Below, piece after piece: positions 1-26,210 of a DNA stretch of 64,000 nucleotides. This stretch comes from the human T2T-CHM13v2.0 reference genome, Homo sapiens. Every line of letters starts with the position of its first letter. The stretch's first letter is position 1. Under the pieces are notes generated by a model that saw only the letters and a program-made list of their open reading frames with translations, ran no database searches and had not been told where the DNA came from. The stretch lies in assembly GCF_009914755.1 (NCBI RefSeq), contig NC_060926.1. One strand, given 5' to 3'. A program made the translations under genes and the position numbers.

Positions 1-74
1 AAGAAGAAGAAGAAGAAAGAAAGAAGGTATGTAAAGCAAATATTGACAGAAGCAAAAAAAGAAGAAAAAGAAAG

Positions 75-1210
<1,136 letters not shown>

Positions 1211-1482
1211 AGCGCGCAGCACTTCAATCATCAGTGTGGAGAGCGTTCTTAGAGGTCACCGGTGTGGAAGCTGAGGCTTCCTCACCTTGCTTCCCCTGCA
1301 CCACACTGCAGAGGCCAACACCTATTTCTTATTAGGTCACAGTTCTCTCAGCAGGTGAGGCATTAATGGCCAAGAAAAAGAAAGGATGAGAATACAATCA
1401 TGAATAAGTCTAGCAAGGGAAATATTTTTAGGTGTTTTTATTATTTTTTATTTTTTATTTTTTATTTTTTTGCTCTGGAAAC

Positions 1483-1893
1483 TGTTAGTCCAAACTGCAC
1501 CATTTTGTAACCCCCCAGCCATTTCGCAGACCTCGGTCAAAGTGAAACATTCCACAGGGGTTCGGGCTGTGACAAACAGCCTGCCCAACCGCTTGACTCT
1601 CTTATTATATTCTGCTGGAAGAAAGTGTAAGGAACCTCACACTGCACTGGAACAGGCACCAAACTGCCTAATCATGGGAACATGTTATCAACATTTTCCC
1701 AGGCAGCAGGCCATGCCCCCTGTTCCAGACCCCTCCCACCTAGCCTATAATTGCCCCAGCCTGTAAGTGGCGATGGCCATTGGCATTAAGCTGCAGGTCT
1801 TATGCTGGACATAAAGCCGGCATTTGCTGTAAAGCCACCACTCTCTCTCTTTGTGTCTTTCTTTAACCCTAGCCTTCCCTTCAAAACCCAACA
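1483..1893 (+). mobile_element. Solo LTR (probably ERVL class)
   Basis: TGTTAG...CCAACA termini, near-TSD GAAAC/AAAAC, internal TATA-like and CATAAA motifs. Confidence 0.7.
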
Positions 1894-1944
1894 AAAACTA
1901 TTTATAAGACAATTTTTCTTCATCCTCCAGTAAGAACCTAATTT

Positions 1945-2272
1945 TTTGTTTGTTTGTTTTGGTTTGGTTTTGGAGTTTTTTGTTTGTTTGAGACAAGGTT
2001 TTACTTTGTTGTCCAGGCTGAAGTGAAGTGGTGCAATCATGACTCACTGCAGCCTCGATCTCCCCGGGCTCAGGTGATTCTCCCCCCTCAACCTCCTAAG
2101 TAGCTGGGATTGCAGGCGTGTGCTACCATGCTTGGGTAATTTTTGTATTTTTTGTAGAGATAGGGTTTTGCCATGTTGCCCAGACTGATCTTGAACTCCT
2201 GGGCTCAAGCAATCCTCCTGTGTTGGCCTCCCAAAGTGCTGTGATTACAGGCGTGAGCCACCATGCCTGGCC
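1945..2272 (-). mobile_element. AluJ
   Basis: Alu dimer with a (GTTT)n tail. Confidence 0.88.
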
Positions 2273-2297
2273 TAAGAACCTAGTTTTTGGACAACTA

Positions 2298-2909
<612 letters not shown>

Positions 2910-3029
2910 TTATTTCCAGATTGTTCTTACCATGTTGTTAAGTCATAGATGAAAACAAGCAATGTTTGAAGGATAGTCCCAACCTCCAGGTGTACCTAAT
3001 CCTGATGAAGCCGATGCTGTTAGCACCCT

Positions 3030-3468
3030 CCCATATCCCTGGGCCTTTTAGAATTTTCAGTTGATTTCCAACTGTCAGTATTTGTACCTCTGTACCTGCA
3101 GCCCCTTTTCCTTGGAAATATGTGTTGCTTATTTGCAAGGCAAACCGGAGTAGCAAAGAATTAACACCCCCCAAAGCCCTACAGGCAGATCCCTCAACCA
3201 ACGGCTCTCAGGAGTTGATGTATAAATGCCCCAGCTCCTTGTACCTTGGGCAGAATAATTCTGTGGTGTGGGTTTTGCACCATTCCTAGAAGTTTTCTTG
3301 CAAGGTTGAGCTCAGGTGCCCACTGTGGTAGCTGGCTCGGTGACACGTTTTATTGGCTGTCCTACTGTCCCTGTATCATCCAGCCACCTCATACGAGCGT
3401 TCCAAAATAAACTACCCACACTGGAAACCTTGCCTCAAGTTCTGCTTCTGGGGAACCAAACTAAGACA
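3030..3468 (+). mobile_element. LTR16-like ERVL LTR
   Basis: GTATAAATGCCCCAGCTCC, AATAAA and terminal GGGGAACCAAACTAAGACA. The 5' boundary is approximate. Confidence 0.6.
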
Positions 3469-5141
3469 ACTTGAATGTGAGGTCTCCCATGGGACATCTC
3501 TTGCATCCTAGTCATAAAGAGAACACTGGGGGAATACATTCAGGGAACACGTGAGCGTACTATTTCTTGTTTTTCAAATTACCTGAAAGTGATCTCATCT
3601 AGATGTACTTTATTGTTGAAGTAGTGACATTGAAGGGGCTAGTGATTAGATGAAATTCATGCATGTGAGGGAAAGCCCAAAATAAATCATTCCTGAGCAA
3701 AGTGAACATCTGAAGAGCATCCTGGATGGCCCACATGCAGGGAGGATAATAAAAATATTTAACACCTGGTACAGCATGGGCCTCAACCAGTCATAGAAGC
3801 TGCTGGCCTACCTGCTAAGGGCCTGCCACACAAACTGACCATTGGCCCTGCCCAGTGAAACAAGGATTCCTGGTGCTGCCTGGGTCAAATATTCAGGCTG
3901 GGTTGAGAGGTCAGTGGGCAAAGAAGGATTTACTTGGCTTTCTCCAAGAGGGCTCAGAGGCAGGTGTGTATGATTTTGATTCCTTCTCAGAAACAGAAGT
4001 GATGGACTGAAACATTCATTGAACATCTCCAAAGGGAGTTAAAGGCCCAGCAGGGCCACAGTGTCACACGTCCACTTTACACTCCAACATGTTATCACTT
4101 GTGTCCTCTCCTGACTATGGAAGTAAAGGCCACAAACAGCACACAGTTTCCTTCCAGAGAGTTGTCTCTTCTCCATTGTAGGTAGTGTGAGCAAGACCAA
4201 GGTAGCAAAATAGCCAAAGGGTAGGTTTGTATGTGACCCAAGATAAATAGCTCCGAACCTCTCCTGGCACTATGAAAGTGACGCAGAATGAAGACATAAT
4301 CAGAAACAGGTGTTTGGAGTACCTATATGAGGATACTGGTGAGGGTGCTAATTCATTTGCTTACTATGGATGCTGTAAAGTATGGTTAACCCATTCCTGC
4401 TACCCAGACCCCAGAGTTGCCTGGTGTCTCTTCATCTCCTTGACCTTCTTAGTTTGTTCTGTTAGCCTTCCAGTAATTTCTTTTTAATGCTTAAAATTTC
4501 TATAAGTGGTTACTTTTGCTTGCAACCAAAGAACCATAATTGATTTGGGTCCTACATGCTTATCTTCAGCCATGTTTTGTGAGGGATGGACCCCGTGAAA
4601 GAAAGCGTGTGGCAGCAACTGCTGAAAATAAGAAAAGCCAGTCCCTGGATCTTCACAGACAAAAGAAAACACAGGAGGTTGCTGTGGGTTTGAAGGACTT
4701 GGTGTATCTAACTTGAATGACAGCTTCACCTCAGTTGGCTCTCAGTTTCCCATGAAGCTAGAATTCCATCCCTATTTCTTCCATTGTCCCATGGATTGGC
4801 TGGCTTACGAGTCAGGAACTTCTCATAAGCAAAGCCTGAGGGCTCTGGGCAGATACTGGAAAAAAGACAAAGGCTCGGGTAAGGCTTACTTAACTTGTTA
4901 GCAATTCTGGTAGACAGGGAGTAGGTGGGCATTGGAATCACAGGCTAAAATGAAGCCTGGCTGGAATACCTAGGAACCATTTGCCATGATATTCACATTT
5001 ACTGCAAAGTAATTATATATATGTCTATGTCCGTTTCCTAGGAACCATATTGTGAACTGGATGGATTTCTTTTATTTTTCTTTCCTTTTTTCAATGCTTA
5101 TTTTCATTCAGAAAATTGGGAAATGAATTTTCTTTCATGAT

Positions 5142-5147
5142 TTTAAT
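5142..5147 (-). terminator. Candidate LYG2 polyadenylation signal ATTAAA
   Basis: ATTAAA lies about 100 nt past the stop. An AATAAA also occurs at 5076-5071. Confidence 0.5.
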
Positions 5148-5245
5148 CATTTCTTTGCCAGTGTTGTATACAACACATTCACGTAAAACTCTCAAAGGCG
5201 GCCATCTGAGCACTCTGCCAACCTGGCCCACCCACAGAGCTTTGC

Positions 5246-16883
<11,638 letters not shown>

Positions 16884-17253
16884 GGCGGGGAATCTTATCT
16901 TCCAGGACCTGCTCTGATTTGAAATAGAAACTGGTTAATTTTAAAACCTGAAAATTTCCTAAAGAAAAATTTGCTTTGATATTTTAAAAAGTTTAGAGTT
17001 ATTTCCAATTCACTACTCATTTCCCTGTTTCAAGATAGTATTCTCACAGGCTCAGTACATAGTTTGTTGGCACACTCTCTTTCTTAAGCATAAACTCCTA
17101 ATCTCACTTCAATCCAATTTCATATTGACATGAGTCATGCGTATCTTACATATGTAACTAAATATACACTCCCATCCCACCTCTAAGCTTGGTAACACCA
17201 CAATTTTGTTCCCTTTCTTTTTAAAAAAAAAAATACTGATCTTTTCATTCTAG

Positions 17254-17484
<231 letters not shown>

Positions 17485-17659
17485 TAGGGAAAACAAAATA
17501 AAACAAAATACCAACAGGAGCATGAGAACATGACTTAGAAGAGGTTTCCTCTGCTCCATTTCTTCCTCAATCAACTCTATTCTTGGTTTCATTCAAATGG
17601 TAGCTTATAAGTTTTACAAGACATAAGAAGGCCAGCACTAACCTTGTTTGCAACCTTAC

Positions 17660-17738
17660 AGAGAAAATCTCCCCTCTCTGTTTGCAAAGGTCTTCTGTAC
17701 TCAGCAGCAAACTGCACTTCAAGCTTTTACAAAGCGAC
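17660..17738 (-). other. LYG2: Candidate LYG2 non-coding exon 2
   Basis: Acceptor TGTTACAG| at 17740-17739 and donor |GTAAGG at 17659, between the promoter and the ATG exon. Splice motifs only. Confidence 0.35.
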
Positions 17739-17880
17739 GGCCTTTGTCCTGTAACATAGGCTTAACAATTGGAGAATCCATTAGTCAGTAGATCACTGCG
17801 CACCTGGCTTCAACAGAGTAGACATCAGCGTGGCTCTACTGCTGTGGAGGAAACTTTTAAACACCAGCATGAAGACTCAC

Positions 17881-17934
17881 CTGGCTTTTCTTACCTTCGT
17901 CCTGTACCAATGATCATTAGAGGAGCTTTATATA
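17881..17934 (-). promoter_or_regulatory. LYG2: Candidate LYG2 core promoter: TATATAAA (17934-17927) and short non-coding first exon ending CAG|GTGAGT at 17881
   Basis: Consensus TATA and a strong donor 46 nt downstream. The same layout occurs at LYG1. Confidence 0.6.
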
Positions 17935-19509
17935 TGGTTTAAAACCCTCTCTTTAAACCATTGACCTCATTAGGCCTGGTTATAATAGTACTTAGGACTT
18001 AGGTGACCCAATTAATAAGAGGATTTCAAAGGGCTTATTAACCACTATTAATTAATTAACCTAATGAACCCCCAAGTTGCTCAGGAGGCATATTTTGATA
18101 GATTGTTTCTAGATATCTAAAATTGTGCCAAACAGCTTCTAAATTTGCGAATAAGAAACAGATAATTCACTTTAAAAGGATAACAGGAAATACTAGCAAT
18201 TTTTATTCTTGGATTGGTTATTTACCTGAAATATTGGGTCTCCTGCTTTTTGTTCCCATTCCAATGTCATATGATCCCCGTACCAGTATGTCACATGATC
18301 TCAAACCACTATGTCACATGATCATGATAGGTGAACTTGGCTCCTTACTCCAATCCCACTTCTGAGAAAAAGGTGCAAGTGTGGCCACCTGCTCTAGGAG
18401 ATCAATGCAAAACCAGGGAGTAGCAACGTGAGTGCTCATTTGCCCATACTTGCTAAGGATATGGGAAAAAAGATTATAGCCAGGGATGAAAACTTCTTCA
18501 AGAAGAGAGTATCTTTCTTCAGGCTTATGTCCAAAGGAAGAGAGGAAGCATATTGTGCAGCCCCAGGAACAGGAAATGGAAGGGACGTTCTTGAAACAGG
18601 CAAAGCACATTGCGCTGAGGGGAGGAAGAAGTCTGGTCTGGGTCCTTCCACAAGCGTGTCCAGTTTCTCAGACTGCACACAGTCCTCCCCCACATCCACT
18701 GAGTGAAGAAAGGTGGAAGGCAGCTGTACAGGGAACAGGAAGACAAAACCACAGGCAACTTCCCAGCTCCCTGGCAATAAAACCACCTCCACTCCCAGGA
18801 GAACATGCCCTCCCCAAGCTGAGGTCTGCACAGTCCACTGGCATTCACTTCTGCCCTGCCTGCCTTCCTGCTTGTAGAACAGACGTCTCTGGCATGGCCT
18901 CTAGCCTTCCATCCCTGGAAGAGTGGCAGGGCTGTTCTGAGCCAATGGATGATTCCTACCTGACTCTCAGGAAAGTGACCCATGGAGGGTCTGCTCCACC
19001 ACCATCAACACTGCAGTCAGGACCACTCTTGAATAAGGGATATTGCAGGAGTCTAACTGCCCTGAGGCAGGCCTTAGAAACCCATAGTCTATGACCCAGC
19101 GACATTGTGCCCGTGACCCACTTCACTGCAGGGTGAGTAGAGCCACTTACCTGAGGCTTCCAGGCTAAGTGCAATGAGAAAGCTCAAGAAAGGGAGATTA
19201 AGAAGTTACGAATGATAAGTTAGGTAAAAGAGAGTAGGTGGAGGCTGGGGCTCTCCCTACATGCACTGGAAGAAGACATTGTTAATAAAACATTTAAAGC
19301 ACTGTTGAATGTGAAGAATACTTATCCTTCTGCTCTCAGTTAGTGGGGCTACGAGTCCTTCTAGGTATGAGGTCCTTAATGTCCAGGCTTCTGCAACTCA
19401 ACCAAAATTGTTTTCAAACTGATGTGGATTGTTCTGTTCACTCAAGCTGTGAGAGAACAATTGAACATTTATTTGACACCCAACATTAGTCAGGTTCCTA
19501 TGGATATTA

Positions 19510-19690
19510 TATGACTCAATCCTCCACTGGCCCTGTGAGGCAGGTATTATCCCTTATTTTAGAGATGAGGAAACTGTGACTCAGAGAAGCTAAGTAACTT
19601 GTCAAAGATGGCACAGTTAGCATGTGACAGAGCCAGGATTTGAATCTAGGCCTGTAAGATTCCAAAATCCATGCTCTTCCACTGTATCGA
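19510..19690. mobile_element. MIR
   Basis: MIR core GATGAGGAAACTGTGACTCAGAGAAGCTAAGTAACTTG. Confidence 0.8.
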
Positions 19691-21529
19691 AGTGCCAGCA
19701 CGATGGACAAATGCCTCTGCAGAGCAATCATTGCAACAGGTCCAAATCAATCTGGATACAAAGCATTGTCCGTGGTCTGGAAAAATAACACCACTCACAG
19801 ATTTTTATACCACTATCAGTCAAATGTTTGTAGGTGCTGTTGTAATTTCTAAAATGCAAATTAATATAAGTTAACTAAGTCCAAAGTGGTTTTTTGTCAC
19901 TTTATATTTTCTCCACCAGTAATAATAATGTAGTTAATACGCACTGACCTTGTATGGTATGACTGGTAGAATAATAGGAAGGGGCATAACCTAAGTTTGT
20001 TACATTCTGAAGCCTAACTCTTAACTGCAGTACCCTACTGACCCAGTGGATGGTTAAGTGTGGGTACTATTGTATAATGACCTTAGAAATTTCTTGTCAC
20101 TAAGAAGAAATGTACTGAATAATTCTCCATCTCTTCCCAGGGATACCAAGAATGACTACATGTAAGTTGTACTGTTATTTCCAGGAGGGGCTTGAAGGGA
20201 ACTTGGCACCTGTCATAATCTCTATCAGTCCCCAAAATAAAAACACAATCTATATGCAAGCAATTTCTGTGCTATACAAATAAAACTCTATGGCCTGGTC
20301 CCCTACCCCTCAAATCAGTTGCCTGCTCCTAAGACTCTTCAGTGCAGCAATTCTCTGGCAGCTTCTGGGGAGTCCTAACAGATTTGGGGTTCCTGGCTTC
20401 AGTGGTGGAGACTCCAATCATCCCTAACGACTAAATGGCCTCAGCAATTGGAAAACTTCAATGGGAAAGTTTAAGCAGTACTGTCCTAGTTAGGAGGAGA
20501 GGAATGATTATGAAAACTGAGGTACTCTGTATAGCCAGGGAAGTAGATTCTGGTAGGAGTTCCTGGCAAGACTTCTCAATTCATACCACACAAAGACCTG
20601 CCCTTGTGCCCTGAGCTACCCTAGGTTAGCACTTTTGGGAGTTAAAGGAATCCAGCACCTCAGGCTCCCTTGGTCCCCTCGCCCTCTGCGTCCCCACCTG
20701 CCTCCCTCCCAACACTAGTCTGTGCTAATAGAGACTGGGTTGTCTCCGCCATGTCATTATTTGTGAATCCCAGGCACAGCTTTCCCTTCTCAGGAACAAC
20801 AGCCAAGGAGGATGACCATAGCCAACTCATTTAACCTCCCTGAGCCTTAATTTTCCTCATCTGTAAAATGGAGATGATAATAATGCCCCATGACTTTGTT
20901 TTGAAGACAAAAATAAATTTTATATGTAAAAACATGTTATAAACTACAGTGCTTCATAGAGATGCCAGTTACTATCATGATGGGTTTGCACTCAAGTCCT
21001 GATGGCTTAGCTTCTTGTTGATTTATTCATTTGTTTGTTTATCCATGCACTCAGGAAAAATAAACAGCTGAATTATAGGACAGGAAGTAGGAGGTGAAGT
21101 CTCTCTCCAGCCATGAAGAAAACTTGGCAGGACAAGCAAGAGCTATTCATTGTCAGGACTCTGTAGCCTGCCTGGTAGGAGTGGAGGAAGGATAAGTTCA
21201 GAAACAGCCACACAAGCAGCTGCAGCCCAAGCATCTGTTTCACAGCTCTGAAACCTATAAAATGGGGGAGCTGCCCAAGAATATGTGGCAAAGGTACTTT
21301 GGCGCCAATGGCTGGTAAGAAGGCAGAAGGGGAGCCCTTCCATAAAATTTCACTAAAACATTCAACTTAACCCCAGGATATATCAATGTCAAGCTTTAAC
21401 TGCTGTGTGCTTTTCTTGTCTTGGTTTTAATCTACTATATGATAGGTAAAATGCAGGGTATGCCCTGTTGAAGAAGCCACTTATATGGTTGCATTATTGG
21501 TCTTCCAATGTCAAACATTTGACCAACAT

Positions 21530-22050
21530 TTCAGGAAAGAAGATATACAAATGGCCAATAAAGCTCATGAAAAATTGGTAAACATCTTTACACATCAGGG
21601 AAATGCAAAATAAAACCAAAATGAGACAGTATTTCACACTCTCTAAAAAGGCTAAAACCAAAGACTAGCTATATCACATATTGGTGAGAATATGAAACAA
21701 AACAGAACTCTCATACATTGCTGGTTGGAGTATAAAATGGTATGATTGCTTTGTAGTACTGTTCAGCAGTTTCTAACAAAGTAAATAACTATATGCCTCA
21801 GGAATTTTATTTCTAGTTATTTACCCAAGAGCAATGAAAAAAAAAAAATGTCTCCCAAAAGACTTGTATGAGAATCTTCACAGATTGTAAGTTCTGCAAA
21901 GAAAAAAGAAAAAAAAAGAATTTTTACAGTGCTTTATTCATAATAGCTCAAAACTGGAAACACTCCAAAAAATTCATCAACAGAAGAATGGACTAACAGT
22001 TGTAGTATAACGATATAATGGAAAAATACACAAGTTAAAAAAAAAATCCA
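21530..22050 (+). mobile_element. Old L1M fragment
   Basis: Degenerate L1 3' region (GAAGATATACAAATGGCCAATAA...). Confidence 0.7.
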
Positions 22051-22579
22051 GGAAAAAATTCCAATGAACCTGGGCTGGGTCAGGTGCCCACCTCTGGATC
22101 ATTCAACCATGTCTAGGAATATATTTGTTTGAAAAAGGGACTCCCTGTGGTTTGGAAAGGAGAAGGGAGAAGTCTGAAACAAAATTTTAAAGTAACGTTT
22201 TCATTTTGAAATAGTTTAAATTTCACAAGAAGCTTCAAAAATAGTACCAAGAGTTCTCATGTACCCTTCACCCAGCTTCCCCCAATGGCAATGTCTTACA
22301 TAACTATAGTACATGTCAAATCCAGAACATTACCATTAGTATTATACAATACTGTAAACTTAGGTACAGACCTTATTTGGATTTCCCCAGTTTGTTTTTA
22401 CACGCTCTTTTAAAAAAAATATTTATTTATATTTCAGAAGCGTATAGTACTGTGAACGTTTATCCCACAGGTAGATGCAAGTAACCATCACCATAATCAG
22501 GATACAGAACTGACCCATCACCATAAAAAGACTGCCTCATGATATCCCCTAACTATGTCTTTCATTGTGCCAAAAGTAA

Positions 22580-22883
22580 ACTTTTTTTTTTTTTTTTTTT
22601 GATGGAGACTCACTGTTGTCAGCCTGGGCTGGAGGGCAGTGGCATGATCTCGGCTCACTGCAACTTCCACCTTCCAGGTTCCAGCAATTCTCCTGCCTCA
22701 ACCTCCTGAGTAGCTGAGATTACAGGTGCCCACCACCACACCTGGCTAATTTTTGTATTTTTTAGTAGAGATGGGGTTTCACCATGTTGGCCAGGCTGGT
22801 CTCAAACTCCTGGCCTCAGGTGATCCATCTGCCTCAGCCTGCCAAAGTGCTGGGACTACAGGCATGAGCCACCGTGCCCGGCC
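22580..22883 (-). mobile_element. AluS within minus-strand L1M 3' fragments (~22190-23130)
   Basis: Alu dimer with L1M 3'-end text on both sides. Confidence 0.88.
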
Positions 22884-24827
22884 AAGTAAGCTATTTTTTA
22901 AAAACAGCTTGATTTGAGGTATAATTCACATATCATAGCCTTCACTCATTTAAAGTGTGCAATTCAATGGTTTTTAGTATGTTGATAAGAGTTTTGCAAC
23001 CATCAGCATAATCAATTTTAGAGTATTTTCATTATCCATGGAAGAATCTCCACAACCATTAGCAGTCATTCCCAGTTTCTCTCCCCTCCCTCTTCTCTCC
23101 TGTTCACCCTCTGACCCCAGGCAGTCACTTACCTAGAAGTCTGGATGATTTTGTAAAAAACTGCTCTATAGTTGTTCACTATACCTGTGATGGAGAGAAG
23201 AGCTGGAGCAGTATCTGGAGAAGGACTTGTGTCAAAGACAGTCCTTTTGTCATGGTTTAACCTGGGAGTGACTTGAATATAATCAAATGCTGTAGAAAAT
23301 GAGGATACAAAAAACAATAGGATTATTTGGTCAGGTAATGATGTTGAAGACGCTAGTTCAAAAGCTTAAGCATAGAAATTGGCCTGAGGCAGGAATGGGA
23401 CTGCCTCTTCCATTGTAACAGAAAGAAAAGAGAAAAAAATCAGATAGCAATGCAGTTCAGTGTATAGAGTTGATAGGAGAAAACTGAGGGAGTTATCTAA
23501 TGATTTTTAAGTCCTTTGTGAAACAGGAGGTCAAATCATGTGCTGAGAGTAAAAACTACGTGGACTTAGAAAACGGAGAGCATGTGGAAAAGCTACCCGG
23601 TAGAATTGGAGAGACAGCTGAAAGAGAGCCAAAAAGATGAGTGGGGTTTACATATGGACTAGTTGAGATTGGAGTCCATAAATGTTCATTTGGAGGTATT
23701 GAAATGCTGGGGTCTGACACGGCAACCTAAGTACAGACAAGGAGAAAACAGAGGGCTGGAGTGGTCCAGGGCTGAGGTGCAGCTCTGCGGGGGCCATGCA
23801 AGGAGGATACAGGGACAAGTGAGATGGAGTTTGGCAAAGGAATGGCTTAAGTAATGGCAAGTGGATTGGAAATGAAGGGAAGAAAGTAAGGGGCTATCAT
23901 GGGGCCAGTGGGAAGATTTAAGCTTAAGGTTTTGGAGGTGGAGTGTATCGGCCATCCTTTTCTCCCAGCTTACTTCTCTTACCTTACCTCTAACTCCACC
24001 CGCAGTTACAACAAACAGTAGCATACAAGCTTCAGCCTGCTTTGCTCAGGCCCTTTCCCAAGTGCTTGCTCACTCCCTCGTGCCTGCTTCCTGCAGTCTT
24101 GATTTCTAGGAGAACTGGAATCCCCTGTGGACCTCTCCAACTCATTCTCCTTAGTAACCTGACCAAAATCAAGGGCAGAAGGATGAGGGGGTGGATGGTG
24201 AGAGGAATAAATCAGGCATGCAGGGGCTTGGGCTATCGCATATCCCCACAGACAGTGGAGGAGCAGGCAGGTGTGGGTGATTCTGGGCTCTGTGTGCAAA
24301 GATTCTGGTGACCTTTTATCAGGCCAGAGGCCCTCACAGTGCAAAGAGAGGAAGCAGGGGTTAGGAGCCTCAGCTGGAGGCTTCTTAATAATAAGTTTTC
24401 TTGTTTAACAACAGAAGGATGTTCATACTGTTAAGCTCTTTACTTTACTTAAGCAGGTTATTAAATGGTATTAATGAATGTTTCCAATTTTGTTTTAAGT
24501 GTGTGTATATGCAGGCATGGAAATTAAGCTGAATTGCATCTTCAACTATACCAGATGTTACAAAATTCTTCTTCAAAGCAGCTGTACCACATTTACCCCT
24601 CTAAAGCAGGATGTAAGTGTTTCCATGCTCCATATCTCCACCGAGGTTTGCTATAATTAGACTTAAATTGGGTGAGAAAAGTCAGTTTCCTGACTGAGGT
24701 TGGGCATCTTTTCATATATGCTCATTGGCAGTGTCAGTTTTACCTGCTCTGAACTGCCCGTTTGTATTCTTTGATCACTTTTCACTGGGTTGTTTGCCTT
24801 TTTCACATTTTATTTATTTGGCTTTAA

Positions 24828-25215
<388 letters not shown>

Positions 25216-25533
25216 TAGTCCTTTGATAATCATATGCCAAAAAAAAAAAAAAAAAAAGGAAGAAGAAGAAAAAAAAAAAAGAAAGAAATTTTACAAAAAA
25301 TTACATAATTAAAAGGGATATAATCAGTACCTTGCAGTAATTTTCAAGTGTTCTACAAGGAACTTGTATTAATTTTCAGAAAGACATGCTATATTAAAAC
25401 TCTTTAGCCATGTCTGATCCCACAGATGATTGCTGTGGAGGGCTACCCCTTAGATGGCCTTCGACCCCAGGTTTTATGAGAACTGCAAGGGCGTCTTCTA
25501 GAGTTCTGGCCCTGTGGTGACTGGGATGGTGAG

Positions 25534-26210
25534 TGTCTTAGTCTGCTATTTTTGCTGCTATAACAGCATACCACAGACTGGGTAATTTATGATAAACAAA
25601 AATGTATTGGGCCCATGGTTCTGGAGGCCAGGAAATCCAAGAGCATGGTGCTGGCATCTGACAAGGGTCATCCATGGTGGAATGGCAGAAGGTGGAGGTG
25701 AACACACAAGATGGAGAGCAAATGGGGCTGAGCTGATCCTGCAGAAATAAAGCCCCCCTGAGAGAACAGCATTATTCCATTCATGAGGGCGAAGCCTCAT
25801 GACCTCATTATCTTTTTTTTTTTTTTTTTTTTTGAGACAGGGTCTCCCTCTGTTGTCCACGCTGGAGCGCAGTGGTGCAATTACAGCTCATTGCAGCCTC
25901 AACCTCTCTAGGCTCAGGTGAACCTCTTACCTCGACTCTCGAATAGCTGGGACTACAGGTGTGTGCCACCACTCCCCACTAATTTGTATGTGTTTTTTTT
26001 TTAGAGACAGGATCTTACCATGTTGCCCAGGCTGATCTCAAACTCCTGTGCTCAAGTGATCCTCTTGCCTCAGCCTCCCAAAGTCCTGGGATTACAGGCG
26101 TGAGCCACTGCACCCTGGCCCCTATCATCTATTAAAGTTTCCATCTTCCAATACCATTACATATGATAATTAAATTTCAACATGAGTTTTGATGAGGACG
26201 TTTGAACCAA
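25534..26210. mobile_element. MaLR LTR (MST/MLT1 type) interrupted by an AluJ (25813-26120)
   Basis: TGTCTTAGTC...ACTGGGTAATTTATGATAAAC...TTTCAACATGAGTTTTG. Confidence 0.75.

Noticed and set aside
18264-18323. Repeat-spacer-repeat pattern resembling CRISPR
   Set aside because: The repeats are 13 bp with ~10-bp spacers, in mammalian DNA with no cas genes. It is reported as a motif array instead.
18314-19174. Cluster of overlapping ORFs up to 202 aa upstream of LYG2
   Set aside because: No recognisable domain, open on both strands, and no supporting splice or Kozak pattern. It is most likely chance in GC-moderate sequence.
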